Assembly (NCBI GenBank): GCA_965205485.1
Contig: OZ242180.1
Location: 4,992,001 to 5,056,000, forward strand
Direction: 5' to 3'
Source of the DNA: Candidatus Latescibacterota bacterium
GTDB taxonomy: Bacteria; Latescibacterota; UBA2968; GCA-2709665
Length of the DNA: 64,000 nucleotides
The translations under genes were made by a program, and so were the position numbers. Under the pieces are notes generated by a model. That model saw nothing but the letters and a program-made list of their open reading frames with translations. It was not told the DNA's origin and made no database searches. Every line of letters starts with the position of its first letter. The first letter of the stretch is position 1. Positions 55,421 to 64,000 of the stretch are shown here, one piece after another.

Positions 55421-55556
55421 TCAGCCTTTAGCTATCAGTCGTCAGCTATCAGCCAAAGGCAAGAACCGAATCAGCCGACGTCAGCGCTACTATGTGGACG
55501 ACCGGGAATTGCGCGGACCTCTCCCCCCGGCCCCCTCTCCTAAAGGAAAGGGGGAG
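55421..55556. repeat. Composite repeat copy 2
   Basis: Heptamer array 55421-55455, AAGGCAAGA, 41-bp hairpin 55516-55556 identical to 46279-46319 at 40 of 41 positions. Confidence 0.8.
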
Positions 55557-55721
55557 TAAGCCAGGGGTCGCCTCGCCGATTTATTGTCCCCGAATCTCCT
55601 TGCAATTGCCGCATTCAGATGGTACCATCAACGGGGCGTTCAGGTCCCGCATTCATCCCGTCTATGGAAAGCCGCCGATCGTCCGACCCGGACTTCTTTG
55701 TTGGAACCTGGAGACATCGGA

Positions 55722-56903
55722 TTGACCGACCTGCACACAACCCTCTGGACCTACCCTTGGGACCTGGCAGACGGCGACGCCCGGGCCATCGCAAAACGGC
55801 TCCGGGACGACATCGGTCTGGACGGTATCAGCCTGGCCTCGGCGTACCATACCTTCGAGATGCTGCGCCCCCATTCGCCGGGACAGGTACTCCTCCAGAT
55901 CCCGCAGGCCGCCGTCTATTTTCGGCCGGACGCGGATCTGTATGCCGATACGCCCATAAAACCGCACGTCAGCCCCCTGATGGGCGGGGACAACTGGTAC
56001 GCTGACGCCGCCGATGCCGCGGTGGGCGCCGGAATCGAGCTCATCGCGTGGACGGTATTCCTCCACAATTCCTTCCAGGCCGGCCGCCATCCGGAATGCG
56101 CCGAAGTCACCTGTACGGGAGACGTCAGCACGTCCTGGCTGTGCCCGGCCAACCCTCGGGTGCGCGCCTTCGCCGCGGCGCTGGCCAGAGACCTCGTGGC
56201 AAACTACGGCATCGCCCTCCTCGAATGCGAATCCCTCTCCTACGGCGGATTCGGACACACCCACTTTCACGTCAAACACGGCGTCGACCTGGGGCCGGGC
56301 GGCCGAATGCTGCTCTCCCTCTGCTTCTGCGACGCCTGTCGGATGAGGGCGCAAGAGACAGGCCTGGACCCCGAAGCGCTTACAAGGGCGGTCGCGTCCA
56401 GGCTGCGCCAGACCCTGGCGTCCGGCATCCCGCCTGCCGAGTCCCCTGAGGAACTCATCGCCACCGTGCCTCAGCTCGAGCCGTTCGTAAGGATGCGCGA
56501 CGAGGTGGTCGCCAGCCTGCTGGCAGAGGTCAAGGCGGCTGCCGGGGTACCTGTTTCCACCATCTTCATGGGTGACCGGTACAACGCGGCGATCAACCGC
56601 TCACGCCTCGCGGGAATCGCGGATTACGCGGAAACCCTCGCCTATACGCCGGACGCCGACCGGATCGGGGCGACCATCTCCGGTATTGTCCCTCATCTGA
56701 AGCATCCGAAGCAACTCGTGGTGGGTCTCCAGGCCTATCCTCCCGCTTCTCCGGACGCCGCGACACTCGGCGCGGGCATCCAACGCGCGCTGGACCTGGG
56801 CATCCGCCGCTTTTCGTTCTACAATTACGGTATTATGCCACCGGCCAATCTGGCCTGGATCAAGCAGTGTATCGGCGATGCGCGCCGCGCCTGCGATAAT
56901 TGA
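55722..56903 (+). CDS. Hypothetical protein, GH-like TIM barrel with Cys motifs
   Basis: YPWDL, SAYH, AWTVFLHN, LCPANP, SLCFCDAC, FYNYG; TTG start with GGAGA RBS. Confidence 0.7.
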   Translation: MTDLHTTLWTYPWDLADGDARAIAKRLRDDIGLDGISLASAYHTFEMLRPHSPGQVLLQIPQAAVYFRPDADLYADTPIKPHVSPLMGGDNWYADAADAAVGAGIELIAWTVFLHNSFQAGRHPECAEVTCTGDVSTSWLCPANPRVRAFAAALARDLVANYGIALLECESLSYGGFGHTHFHVKHGVDLGPGGRMLLSLCFCDACRMRAQETGLDPEALTRAVASRLRQTLASGIPPAESPEELIATVPQLEPFVRMRDEVVASLLAEVKAAAGVPVSTIFMGDRYNAAINRSRLAGIADYAETLAYTPDADRIGATISGIVPHLKHPKQLVVGLQAYPPASPDAATLGAGIQRALDLGIRRFSFYNYGIMPPANLAWIKQCIGDARRACDN

Positions 56904-58000
56904 CTGCCACGATGGAAGCGCTGGCGTTCGTTTCATCTCTCCTGTGTCTGATCTATGTCATCGTCGCAGGCGCCATCCATAGAGGCCTGAGTCGCACGGC
57001 CGCGGGTCGCAACGCGGAACTTCACGACGTCACTGTCGTCATTCCCGCCCGCAATGAAGCGCATCGCATCGAGGCGTGTCTCGCGGCCCTCGACGAACAG
57101 ACCTATCCTCCTGAACGCACCGAAGTCATCGTCGTCGACGACCGTTCAACCGACGATACCGCCCGGCGGGCGCTCGCGTGGACGGATCGGATTCCCGGTC
57201 TCAAGGTCGTGCGGGTTACCGAACGTGCGCTCGCGTGCCCGAAGAAGAATGCCCTGGACGCGGGCATCCGCGCCGGCGCCGGGGAGATCATCCTCACCAC
57301 CGACGCCGATTGTATCCCCTCCGCCGACTGGATCGCTTCCACGGTCCGCGCCTTCGACACCGACGTCGGCATGGTTGCCGGATACGCGCCACTCTCAGCC
57401 GGGAAAGGGCTTCTATCCAGACTGCTTGCCCTGCAGAGCCTCGTGGTTTCCACGCTTGCGGCGGGCAGCATGGGCCTGGGCTTTCCGCTGACCTGTTCCG
57501 GTCGGAATCTGGCCTACCGCAGGGCGACGTTCCACGATGCCGGCGGCTTCGGGCCGATCGGTCACATACGCGGAGGAGACGACGTCCTGCTGATGCGGCG
57601 GATCGCCACCCGGACGGCCTGGCGAATCCGTTTCAATCCCGATTCAAGGGTAGATTCGCAGCCCCACACTGACGGACTGTTCCGCCGCCAGGTCCGCTAT
57701 CAGTCGAAGGCGGTCCATTATGGATATTCAGTCTTGCTTGTGGCTGCCTGCATCTATATATTCCACGTGGCTCTCGCGGCGGGGCCTTTCCTCGCGTGGC
57801 AGCATCCGGCGTTTCGCGTCCCCTTCGGTCTGATGGTTGCGGCGAAATTTCTTGCCGACTGGCTGCTGCTGCTCAGAGCCGCCCGCCGTTTCAGCGCGCG
57901 GAAGATCCTCCGGTTGTTTCCACTCCTTGAACTGATTTCCGTACCGTATGTCGTCGTCATCTGCGCCGCAGGCGCACTGGCGCCCTCCCGCTGGAAATAG
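56900..58000 (+). CDS. Glycosyltransferase family 2 (membrane-bound)
   Basis: IPARNE, VDDRSTD, KKNAL, TDADC, GGDD, QVRY. Confidence 0.9.
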   Translation: MTATMEALAFVSSLLCLIYVIVAGAIHRGLSRTAAGRNAELHDVTVVIPARNEAHRIEACLAALDEQTYPPERTEVIVVDDRSTDDTARRALAWTDRIPGLKVVRVTERALACPKKNALDAGIRAGAGEIILTTDADCIPSADWIASTVRAFDTDVGMVAGYAPLSAGKGLLSRLLALQSLVVSTLAAGSMGLGFPLTCSGRNLAYRRATFHDAGGFGPIGHIRGGDDVLLMRRIATRTAWRIRFNPDSRVDSQPHTDGLFRRQVRYQSKAVHYGYSVLLVAACIYIFHVALAAGPFLAWQHPAFRVPFGLMVAAKFLADWLLLLRAARRFSARKILRLFPLLELISVPYVVVICAAGALAPSRWK

Positions 58001-58002
58001 AT

Positions 58003-59061
58003 ATGCTCTCACTCAGACTGTTGCCCGGGACCGTTGCGCGCTATCATCGTACGCTGACGGTCCGGCGGGTCTGGAATGCGGCCAAGGTCTTTACCTCGTT
58101 TATGCTCTCTCGCCTGGCCGGACGCGACATCCGCATGGGGCGCCCCTTCGTCCTGATGCTGGAGCCCACCAACCTCTGCAATCTCAAGTGCCCGCTCTGT
58201 CCATCCGGCAACGGAGGATTGACAAGGCCCCGGGGTACGATGGAATTCGAGGCCTTCAAGCGGATCTTCGAGGAACAGGCGAAGGACCTCCTGCTGCTGA
58301 TGTTGTGGAACCAGGGCGAACCTTTCATCAACAAGCGGCTCACCGACATGATCCGTCTGGCGAAAGCGCACAACGTCCCCACCATCACCAGCACCAATGT
58401 CCACTATATACGCAGCCGAAGCGATGCAGAGGATATCGTCACGTCCGGCCTCGACGAAATCGTGGTCTCCCTGGACGGCGTGACCCCGGAATCCTACGTC
58501 AAATACCGTGTGGGCGGAAACTTCGACCGCGTGCTGGACGGGATCCGGCTCCTGAGTACGGCAAAGAAGACGTTGAAGGCCGACCACCCCGTCATTCATC
58601 TGCAGTTCATCATCTTCAAGCACAACGAGTCCGAGGTCGACGCCGCCCGGAACCTCGCGCGGGAACTGGGCGTGGACCGCCTCTCGCTGAAAACGGCCCA
58701 GGTCTATACCGATGCGGAAGCGGAACATTACCTTCCAGATGACGAATCCTACAGCCGCTACCGTTACGACGCGGACCGACTGACGATGAACGGCAAGATC
58801 ACGAATTCCTGCAGGCACCTCTGGTACAGTACCGTCGTCAACTGGGACGGGGCCGTGTCACCGTGCTGCTTCGACAAAGACGTGCATTACGGTCTGGGCA
58901 ACGCGCTCGAAGACCGGGACTTCGACAGCGTCTGGTCCGGGGAGGCATATACCGGCTTCAGGAACGCCATCCTCAAAGACCGGTCCGCCGTACCCATCTG
59001 CAACAATTGCTCCGAAGGCATCAAGGGCATGTTCTACGATATCGAAGAGGTAAAACACTAA
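58003..59061 (+). CDS. Radical SAM protein with SPASM/twitch domain
   Basis: CNLKCPLC; GEPF; C-terminal CRHLW...WDG.VSPCC...ICNNC. Confidence 0.92.
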   Translation: MLSLRLLPGTVARYHRTLTVRRVWNAAKVFTSFMLSRLAGRDIRMGRPFVLMLEPTNLCNLKCPLCPSGNGGLTRPRGTMEFEAFKRIFEEQAKDLLLLMLWNQGEPFINKRLTDMIRLAKAHNVPTITSTNVHYIRSRSDAEDIVTSGLDEIVVSLDGVTPESYVKYRVGGNFDRVLDGIRLLSTAKKTLKADHPVIHLQFIIFKHNESEVDAARNLARELGVDRLSLKTAQVYTDAEAEHYLPDDESYSRYRYDADRLTMNGKITNSCRHLWYSTVVNWDGAVSPCCFDKDVHYGLGNALEDRDFDSVWSGEAYTGFRNAILKDRSAVPICNNCSEGIKGMFYDIEEVKH

Positions 59062-59141
59062 GACCGAGCATCGTGACGCCGATCATCGTCCTTTAGCGCC
59101 GTTCCCGCCCGGATACGACACACCGCCAACCCGGGATCACC

Positions 59142-60341
59142 GTGTCGACCTCTCTGATCAATGCGTTTCTCCTGATATCAACGGCAATCTACCTGGGCGC
59201 CGCTCTCGCGTTTCTGGTCGGTCTCCGCCGAAGGCCCCGGCCCGGTCCCGCCGGCTCCCGTCCGTTCGTATCCGTCGTCATTGCCGCCAGGAATGAAGCC
59301 GGGTTCATCGCTGATTGCCTCGAGAGATTGACAAGCCAGACCTATCCTGCCGAACATTACGAAGTGCTGGTCGTCGACGACGGTTCGACGGACGAGACGG
59401 CGCAGATCGTGACGCGTTTCGCAACGGCTTATCCCAACGTCCGGTGCATCGAAGCAACCGACGCCTTTCGTCACATGGCCGCAAAGAAACGGCCCCTTTC
59501 CGAAGGCATCCGGGCCGCGCGGGGACGCATCATTCTGACCACGGACGCGGACTGCTCGGTGCCGCCCGCCTGGATATCGGGAATGGTATCGCAACTCGAA
59601 GCCGGCGCGGACGTCGTCATCGGGTTCTCGCAGGTAAAAGCCGCCGGAGAGCCGCTGACGCCGGCAGAACGGATCCAGGCATTCGACTTTCTGGCGCTCA
59701 TGTCCGCGTCGGCCGGCGCTGCCAATCTCGGCGTCCCGCTGGCCGCATCGGGACAGAATTTCGCCTACAGGAAGGCGCTCTTCGACCGGGTCAACGGATT
59801 CGAAACGATCGCGCACTGCCCTTCCGGCGACGACGTTCTCCTGCTTCAGTTGTTTCGCAGGGCCGGCGCACGGATCGCGTTTTCAGATCACTCCCGCACC
59901 TTTGTCAGCACCCGGCGGGCGGAATCCGTCGCCGGTTTCTGGACACAGCGGCGACGATGGGCGTCGAACGCCCGAATTATGGCGTCGTTGAATCCCGTCT
60001 TCTTCGTCTATCTCGCAAATGTCTTTCTGATCAACCTCCTCATACCGTCCGGAATTATCCTTGGAGCCGTGGAAACCGCTGCCGGCCTGCCCCTGTCGTG
60101 TCTGGCAGTCAAGGCGCTGGCGGACCTGGGCGTGATATGGATAGGCGCGCGGCGTTTCGGACGGACGGACCTCCTTCCCGTATTGCCCGTGTGGGTACTC
60201 TTGCAGATGCCATACACGGTCCTGGTCGGGTTGTTCGGAACGTTCGGCAGTTTCGTCTGGAAAGGCAGGACGCACCCGGCGGGCGGTGTGGGAACAAACG
60301 TCGACGGTTTCTCGTTAAGATCGGTGTTTCGCGTGCGTTGA
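59142..60341 (+). CDS. Glycosyltransferase family 2 (membrane-bound)
   Basis: IAARNE, VDDGSTD, TDADC, SGDD, QRRRW. Confidence 0.9.
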   Translation: MSTSLINAFLLISTAIYLGAALAFLVGLRRRPRPGPAGSRPFVSVVIAARNEAGFIADCLERLTSQTYPAEHYEVLVVDDGSTDETAQIVTRFATAYPNVRCIEATDAFRHMAAKKRPLSEGIRAARGRIILTTDADCSVPPAWISGMVSQLEAGADVVIGFSQVKAAGEPLTPAERIQAFDFLALMSASAGAANLGVPLAASGQNFAYRKALFDRVNGFETIAHCPSGDDVLLLQLFRRAGARIAFSDHSRTFVSTRRAESVAGFWTQRRRWASNARIMASLNPVFFVYLANVFLINLLIPSGIILGAVETAAGLPLSCLAVKALADLGVIWIGARRFGRTDLLPVLPVWVLLQMPYTVLVGLFGTFGSFVWKGRTHPAGGVGTNVDGFSLRSVFRVR

Positions 60342-60390
60342 GAATCCAGACAGCCGGCCTTCCACCGTACGGAACTCTCAGTCAAGAGAT

Positions 60391-61542
60391 ATGGATCTTC
60401 ATACAAACCTGCTGCGATCGATACTCACGCTCCTCGGCCTGGCGCTCTGCGCCGGCGCCGCGGATGCCCAGCGCCCCCGCGCAAGGGAACTCGGTATCCG
60501 CATCGGCACGCTTGAGCCGGGCCCGCACAACGCCATCACGGACGTCACCGGCGTCCGGGTGGGGCACGTCACCCTGATCACCGGCGAGGGAGATCTGGAA
60601 GTTGGAAAGGGTCCCGTGCGCACCGGTGTCACCGCGGTGGTGCCCCACGCCGACGACGTCTATCTGAACCAGGTCTTCGCCTCGGCGGTAGCGCTCAACG
60701 GTAACGGTGAAATGACGGGAATGGAATGGATCAACGAGCGGGGCCTGCTGGAGGTGCCCGTGGTCGTCACGAACACGCTGAGCGTCGGCGAAGGGTACAG
60801 CGGCGTTGTCGCCTATATGCTTCAGCAGAATCCGGGGCGTGTGCCTCTTCCCGTCGTGGCCGAATGTTACGACGGCGGCCTCAACGACATTGCGGGCCGC
60901 CACGTGAAAGAGGAACACGTCATCCGGGCAATTGAATCCGCGGCGGGCGGACAGGTTTCGGAAGGTTCGGTGGGCGCCGGCACCGGCATGCGCGCCTACG
61001 GCTTCAAGGCCGGCATCGGAACCGCATCGCGTGTACTTGACAGTGCCCAGGGCGCCTACACCCTGGGCGTGCTCGTCGTGGCAAACTGCGGACGCCGTCC
61101 CAATCTGGTCATCGACGGCGTTCCCGTGGGACGGCATCTTCCGGTGGCGCCGCGGAAACCGACCCGCGACGGCTCGATCGTCATCATCATCGCCACCGAC
61201 GCACCGCTGATCCCCGTCCAGCTTCGCCGGCTCTGCAAGCGTTCCGCACTGGGCGTGAGCCGCACCGGCACTTTTTCCAGAACCAGCAGCGGCGACCTCG
61301 CACTTGCGTTCTCCACCTCGCGCCGCATTCCGCGGGACGCGGCGATGGTGGATACCGTTCACACTCTCCGCGACCGGCGCCTCAACCCGCTCCTGCAGGC
61401 TACGGTGGAGGCGACCGAGGAAGCCATCGTCAACGCGCTCTGCGCCGCGGAAACCATGACCGGACGTGACAACAGGACGATGCCTGGAATTCCCGTGGAT
61501 CGACTCGTCAAGATTATGAAACAGCACAACCGGATCGAGTAA
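60391..61542 (+). CDS. DmpA/P1 (S58) family aminopeptidase, secreted
   Basis: Signal peptide; NAITDV.GVRVGH, EGSVGAGTG, GIGTASR, DG-SI autocleavage site, SGD. Confidence 0.9.
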   Translation: MDLHTNLLRSILTLLGLALCAGAADAQRPRARELGIRIGTLEPGPHNAITDVTGVRVGHVTLITGEGDLEVGKGPVRTGVTAVVPHADDVYLNQVFASAVALNGNGEMTGMEWINERGLLEVPVVVTNTLSVGEGYSGVVAYMLQQNPGRVPLPVVAECYDGGLNDIAGRHVKEEHVIRAIESAAGGQVSEGSVGAGTGMRAYGFKAGIGTASRVLDSAQGAYTLGVLVVANCGRRPNLVIDGVPVGRHLPVAPRKPTRDGSIVIIIATDAPLIPVQLRRLCKRSALGVSRTGTFSRTSSGDLALAFSTSRRIPRDAAMVDTVHTLRDRRLNPLLQATVEATEEAIVNALCAAETMTGRDNRTMPGIPVDRLVKIMKQHNRIE

Positions 61543-61601
61543 ACCGGGATCCTCACCTCGTCCTTACAATCATCCACTGAATTCCGATACCGACTTACGC
61601 C

Positions 61602-63056
61602 ATGGCCAACCTTCCAATTATCCTGGGTCTTTCGGTCTACGTCCTGCTGACGCTCGCAGTGGGACTGTACGCCGGCCGGCGAATCAAGGGTTCCGCGGAT
61701 TTCATCGTTGCGGGTCGGAGGCTGGGCATCTGGCTGGCCACGGGGACCCTGGCGGCCACTTGGTTCGGGGGCGGGATCGTCATCGGCGCTGCAAGCGAGG
61801 CCTACAAGAAAGGTTTCCTGGGCGTTATCGCCGATCCGTTCGGCGCGGCCCTCTGCCTCTTTCTGGCGGGACTCTTCTACGTCAGGGTTATGCGGCGGAT
61901 GGGATTGACGACCATCGCGGGCTTTTTCGAAAGCCGCTTCGGGCCATCAGCCGGCGCTGTGGCCGCACTGTGCACCATTCCCGCGTATCTGGGTTGGGTG
62001 GCGTCCCTCATGGTCGCCTTCGGGCGGGTGATTCAGTCGCTTACCGGACTCGACCCCACGCTGGGTATCTGTATCGGCGCGGCTATCGTCCTGGTGTACA
62101 CGACCGCGGGGGGCATGTGGGCCGTCACGCTGACGGACTTCATCCAGGTTGCCGTATTGACGGTGGGGCTTCTGGTCATCACGCCGCTGCTGCTGAACGA
62201 TATGGGAGGCTGGTCGGCTATCAGCGCGCGTATTCCGGAAGACCGGTTCTACCTCTATCCCCGGGACACGGGCGCGCCCGGCTGGTTCGCCTACGCCCGG
62301 GACTGGCTGGTCATCGGACTCGGAAATCTGGCAGGGCAGGACCTGATTCAGCGCAGCCTCTCCAGCAGGAACGAGACCGTCGCGCAGAACAGCGCCTATC
62401 TTGCCGGGGCGCTCTATCTCACGGTGGGGCTGCTTCCGGTCTTTCTCGGCATCGCCGGGACCCTCATCTTTCCCGATATCGCCGATCCGGATATGATCAT
62501 GATGCAACTGGGCATGAAATACCTCTCGCCCCTGGCGATGGCGATATTCCTGGGCGCCCTCGTATCCGCCCTGATGAGCAGCGCGGACAGCGCCCTGCTC
62601 GCTCCTGCCAGCGTGATCGGGTGGGACCTGGCCCGATACGTCCGACCGGACGCCGACGAACGTTCCATTCTCAGGATCTGCCGCATCAGCGTTCCGATTC
62701 TGGGGATAATCGCCCTCTATCTGGCGCTGGCGCACAATACCGTCTATACGCTGATGGTGAATTCGTGGTCGATCCTGCTCGCCACCCTCTTCGTGCCGCT
62801 TACGGCCGGCATCTGGTGGTCCCGGTCCAATCTGCCAGGCGCGCTCGCGGCCATGGTTTCGGGCTTCATCGCCTGGATCTGTCTCATCTACCTGGCGCCG
62901 GACCTTCCGGCAGACCTGCTCGCCGTACCGGTCGCGCTGCTCTTTCTGGTCGTTCTCAGCTACAAAACGCAAGGCTCATTTCCGGCGCGCCCGCTCGCGG
63001 ATGCGGACGGACGCCCCGTTTCCCTCGAGAACCGCCTGGGACTGGGACGCAGGTAG
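61602..63056 (+). CDS. Sodium:solute symporter family protein
   Basis: DFIVAGR, ATWFG, GGMWAVTLTDFIQ, QDLIQR, SALMSSADS. Confidence 0.92.
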   Translation: MANLPIILGLSVYVLLTLAVGLYAGRRIKGSADFIVAGRRLGIWLATGTLAATWFGGGIVIGAASEAYKKGFLGVIADPFGAALCLFLAGLFYVRVMRRMGLTTIAGFFESRFGPSAGAVAALCTIPAYLGWVASLMVAFGRVIQSLTGLDPTLGICIGAAIVLVYTTAGGMWAVTLTDFIQVAVLTVGLLVITPLLLNDMGGWSAISARIPEDRFYLYPRDTGAPGWFAYARDWLVIGLGNLAGQDLIQRSLSSRNETVAQNSAYLAGALYLTVGLLPVFLGIAGTLIFPDIADPDMIMMQLGMKYLSPLAMAIFLGALVSALMSSADSALLAPASVIGWDLARYVRPDADERSILRICRISVPILGIIALYLALAHNTVYTLMVNSWSILLATLFVPLTAGIWWSRSNLPGALAAMVSGFIAWICLIYLAPDLPADLLAVPVALLFLVVLSYKTQGSFPARPLADADGRPVSLENRLGLGRR

Positions 63057-63059
63057 CGG

Positions 63060-63836
63060 TTACAGACCTTCCTCTCCACGGTCCTGCGTACGCGTGACGA
63101 GAGCCGCGAAGAAACCCGCGCCGAATCCATTGTCGATATTCACCACCGCCACGCCGGGCGCACAGGAATTCAACGTCCCGAGCAACGCGGCCAACCCTCC
63201 GAAACTGGCGCCATAGCCCACGCTGGTCGGCACCGCTATCACGGGAACTTCCACCAGGCCCCCAACCACGGAAGGAAGGGCGCCTTCCATTCCCGCCACA
63301 ACCACAATCGCCGCCGCCCGGTCTATCTGTTCCTTATGAGCGAATAACCGGTGAATCCCCGCAACGCCCACGTCGTACAGTTTCCTAACCCGGCATCCCA
63401 TCGCCCTGGCAGTCACAACCGCCTCTTCCGCAACCGGCAGGTCGGACGTTCCCGCCGAAATGACGAGGACTTCGCCCGTCGTTGCGATATCGCCCTGATC
63501 GGTTCCCGGCAACAGCAATGTCCTCGCAACCGGGTTGTCGTCCACACCGGGCAGCGCTGCCCGAACGGCGTCCGCGTGAGCGCGGTCGGCCCGGGTTGCC
63601 AGGAGCGTGGAGCCCGCGTCCGAAATCCGACGCGCGATTTCCACCACCTGTTCGGCGGTCTTGCCCTGACAGAAGATCACCTCCGGGAACCCCTGCCGCA
63701 TTGCACGGTGATGATCCACGTGCGCGAAACCCAGGTCTTCAAACGGCAGATTCTTCAACTGATCCATCGCGCTGTCGACGTCCAGTTCGTTCCCGCGAAC
63801 CGCCTCCAGCACCTGCCGGATCTGCTCAGGCGTCAC
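63060..63836 (-). CDS. larB: Nickel-pincer cofactor biosynthesis protein LarB
   Basis: DHHRAMRQGFPEVIFCQGKT, AGTSDLPVAEEA, DVGVAGIHRL, AGMEGAL, PTSVGYG, NIDNGFGA. Confidence 0.93.
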   Translation of the reverse strand: MTPEQIRQVLEAVRGNELDVDSAMDQLKNLPFEDLGFAHVDHHRAMRQGFPEVIFCQGKTAEQVVEIARRISDAGSTLLATRADRAHADAVRAALPGVDDNPVARTLLLPGTDQGDIATTGEVLVISAGTSDLPVAEEAVVTARAMGCRVRKLYDVGVAGIHRLFAHKEQIDRAAAIVVVAGMEGALPSVVGGLVEVPVIAVPTSVGYGASFGGLAALLGTLNSCAPGVAVVNIDNGFGAGFFAALVTRTQDRGEEGL

Positions 63837-63999
63837 CGGACACCTCCTCTGCATTCAGCCGAACGGCGTTCAGAATTGCTTCGACCGCATCCGGGTCATC
63901 CTCTGTCATCAATGCGCGTCGATAAGCCGCCGCGCCATCGATGCCCTTCATATACGCGGCAAAATGCCTTCTCATCTCGCGGACCCCAGCGGGCAGCCC
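63826..63999 (-). CDS. dusB: C-terminus of tRNA-dihydrouridine synthase (partial)
   Basis: GVREMRRHFAAYMKGIDGAAAYRRALM resembles the DusB C-terminal helical domain. Confidence 0.7.
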   Translation of the reverse strand, partial: GLPAGVREMRRHFAAYMKGIDGAAAYRRALMTEDDPDAVEAILNAVRLNAEEVSGDA

Positions 64000-64000
64000 C

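Noticed and set aside
1..64000. CRISPR array, cas genes, integrase, transposase, rRNA
   Set aside because: No regularly spaced repeats with unique spacers and no recognisable motifs; the repeats found are REP-like or heptameric

Overview
High-GC bacterial chromosomal segment with about 60 CDS, RNase P RNA (rnpB), tRNA-Val(CAC) and tRNA-Glu(TTC). I found no CRISPR array, integrase or transposase. TolC/TonB/outer-membrane barrels indicate a diderm organism; the EF-hand/dockerin-like 'DFDxDGxVxFxDFLxFAxxFG' module suggests an FCB-group lineage such as Latescibacterota (inference only). Main blocks: an AAA+ (DUF4143-type) ATPase; a PsrA-like TetR-TolC-MFP-RND efflux operon; BlaI / M56-DUF4837-like fusion / TlpA / TonB; sialidase-like and GH-like genes; HNH nuclease and HD dNTPase; a sigma54-type COG3014-X-LpoB-OMP operon; a sulfotransferase and a D-amino-acid enzyme cluster; mdh; TPR protein; Zn-dehydrogenases; ABC-F; the tRNA-Val-COG1579-RNase HI-rnpB-pyrF block; an accessory stretch of small genes after tRNA-Glu (extended ECF sigma, SPFH, TA genes, several repeat families); then a dehydratase, GT2-radical SAM-GT2, DmpA-SSS, larB and the 3' end of dusB. 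Best leads: (1) the BlaI/M56-DUF4837 locus, which has a thrice-repeated ATATTAA-N4-TTAAT operator candidate and a TlpA gene interrupted by an in-frame UGA followed by a SECIS-like hairpin; (2) several unannotated structured intergenic elements; (3) a tandem 30-bp palindrome pair at the AAA+ ATPase start. All family calls come from motif recognition by eye, not database searches.
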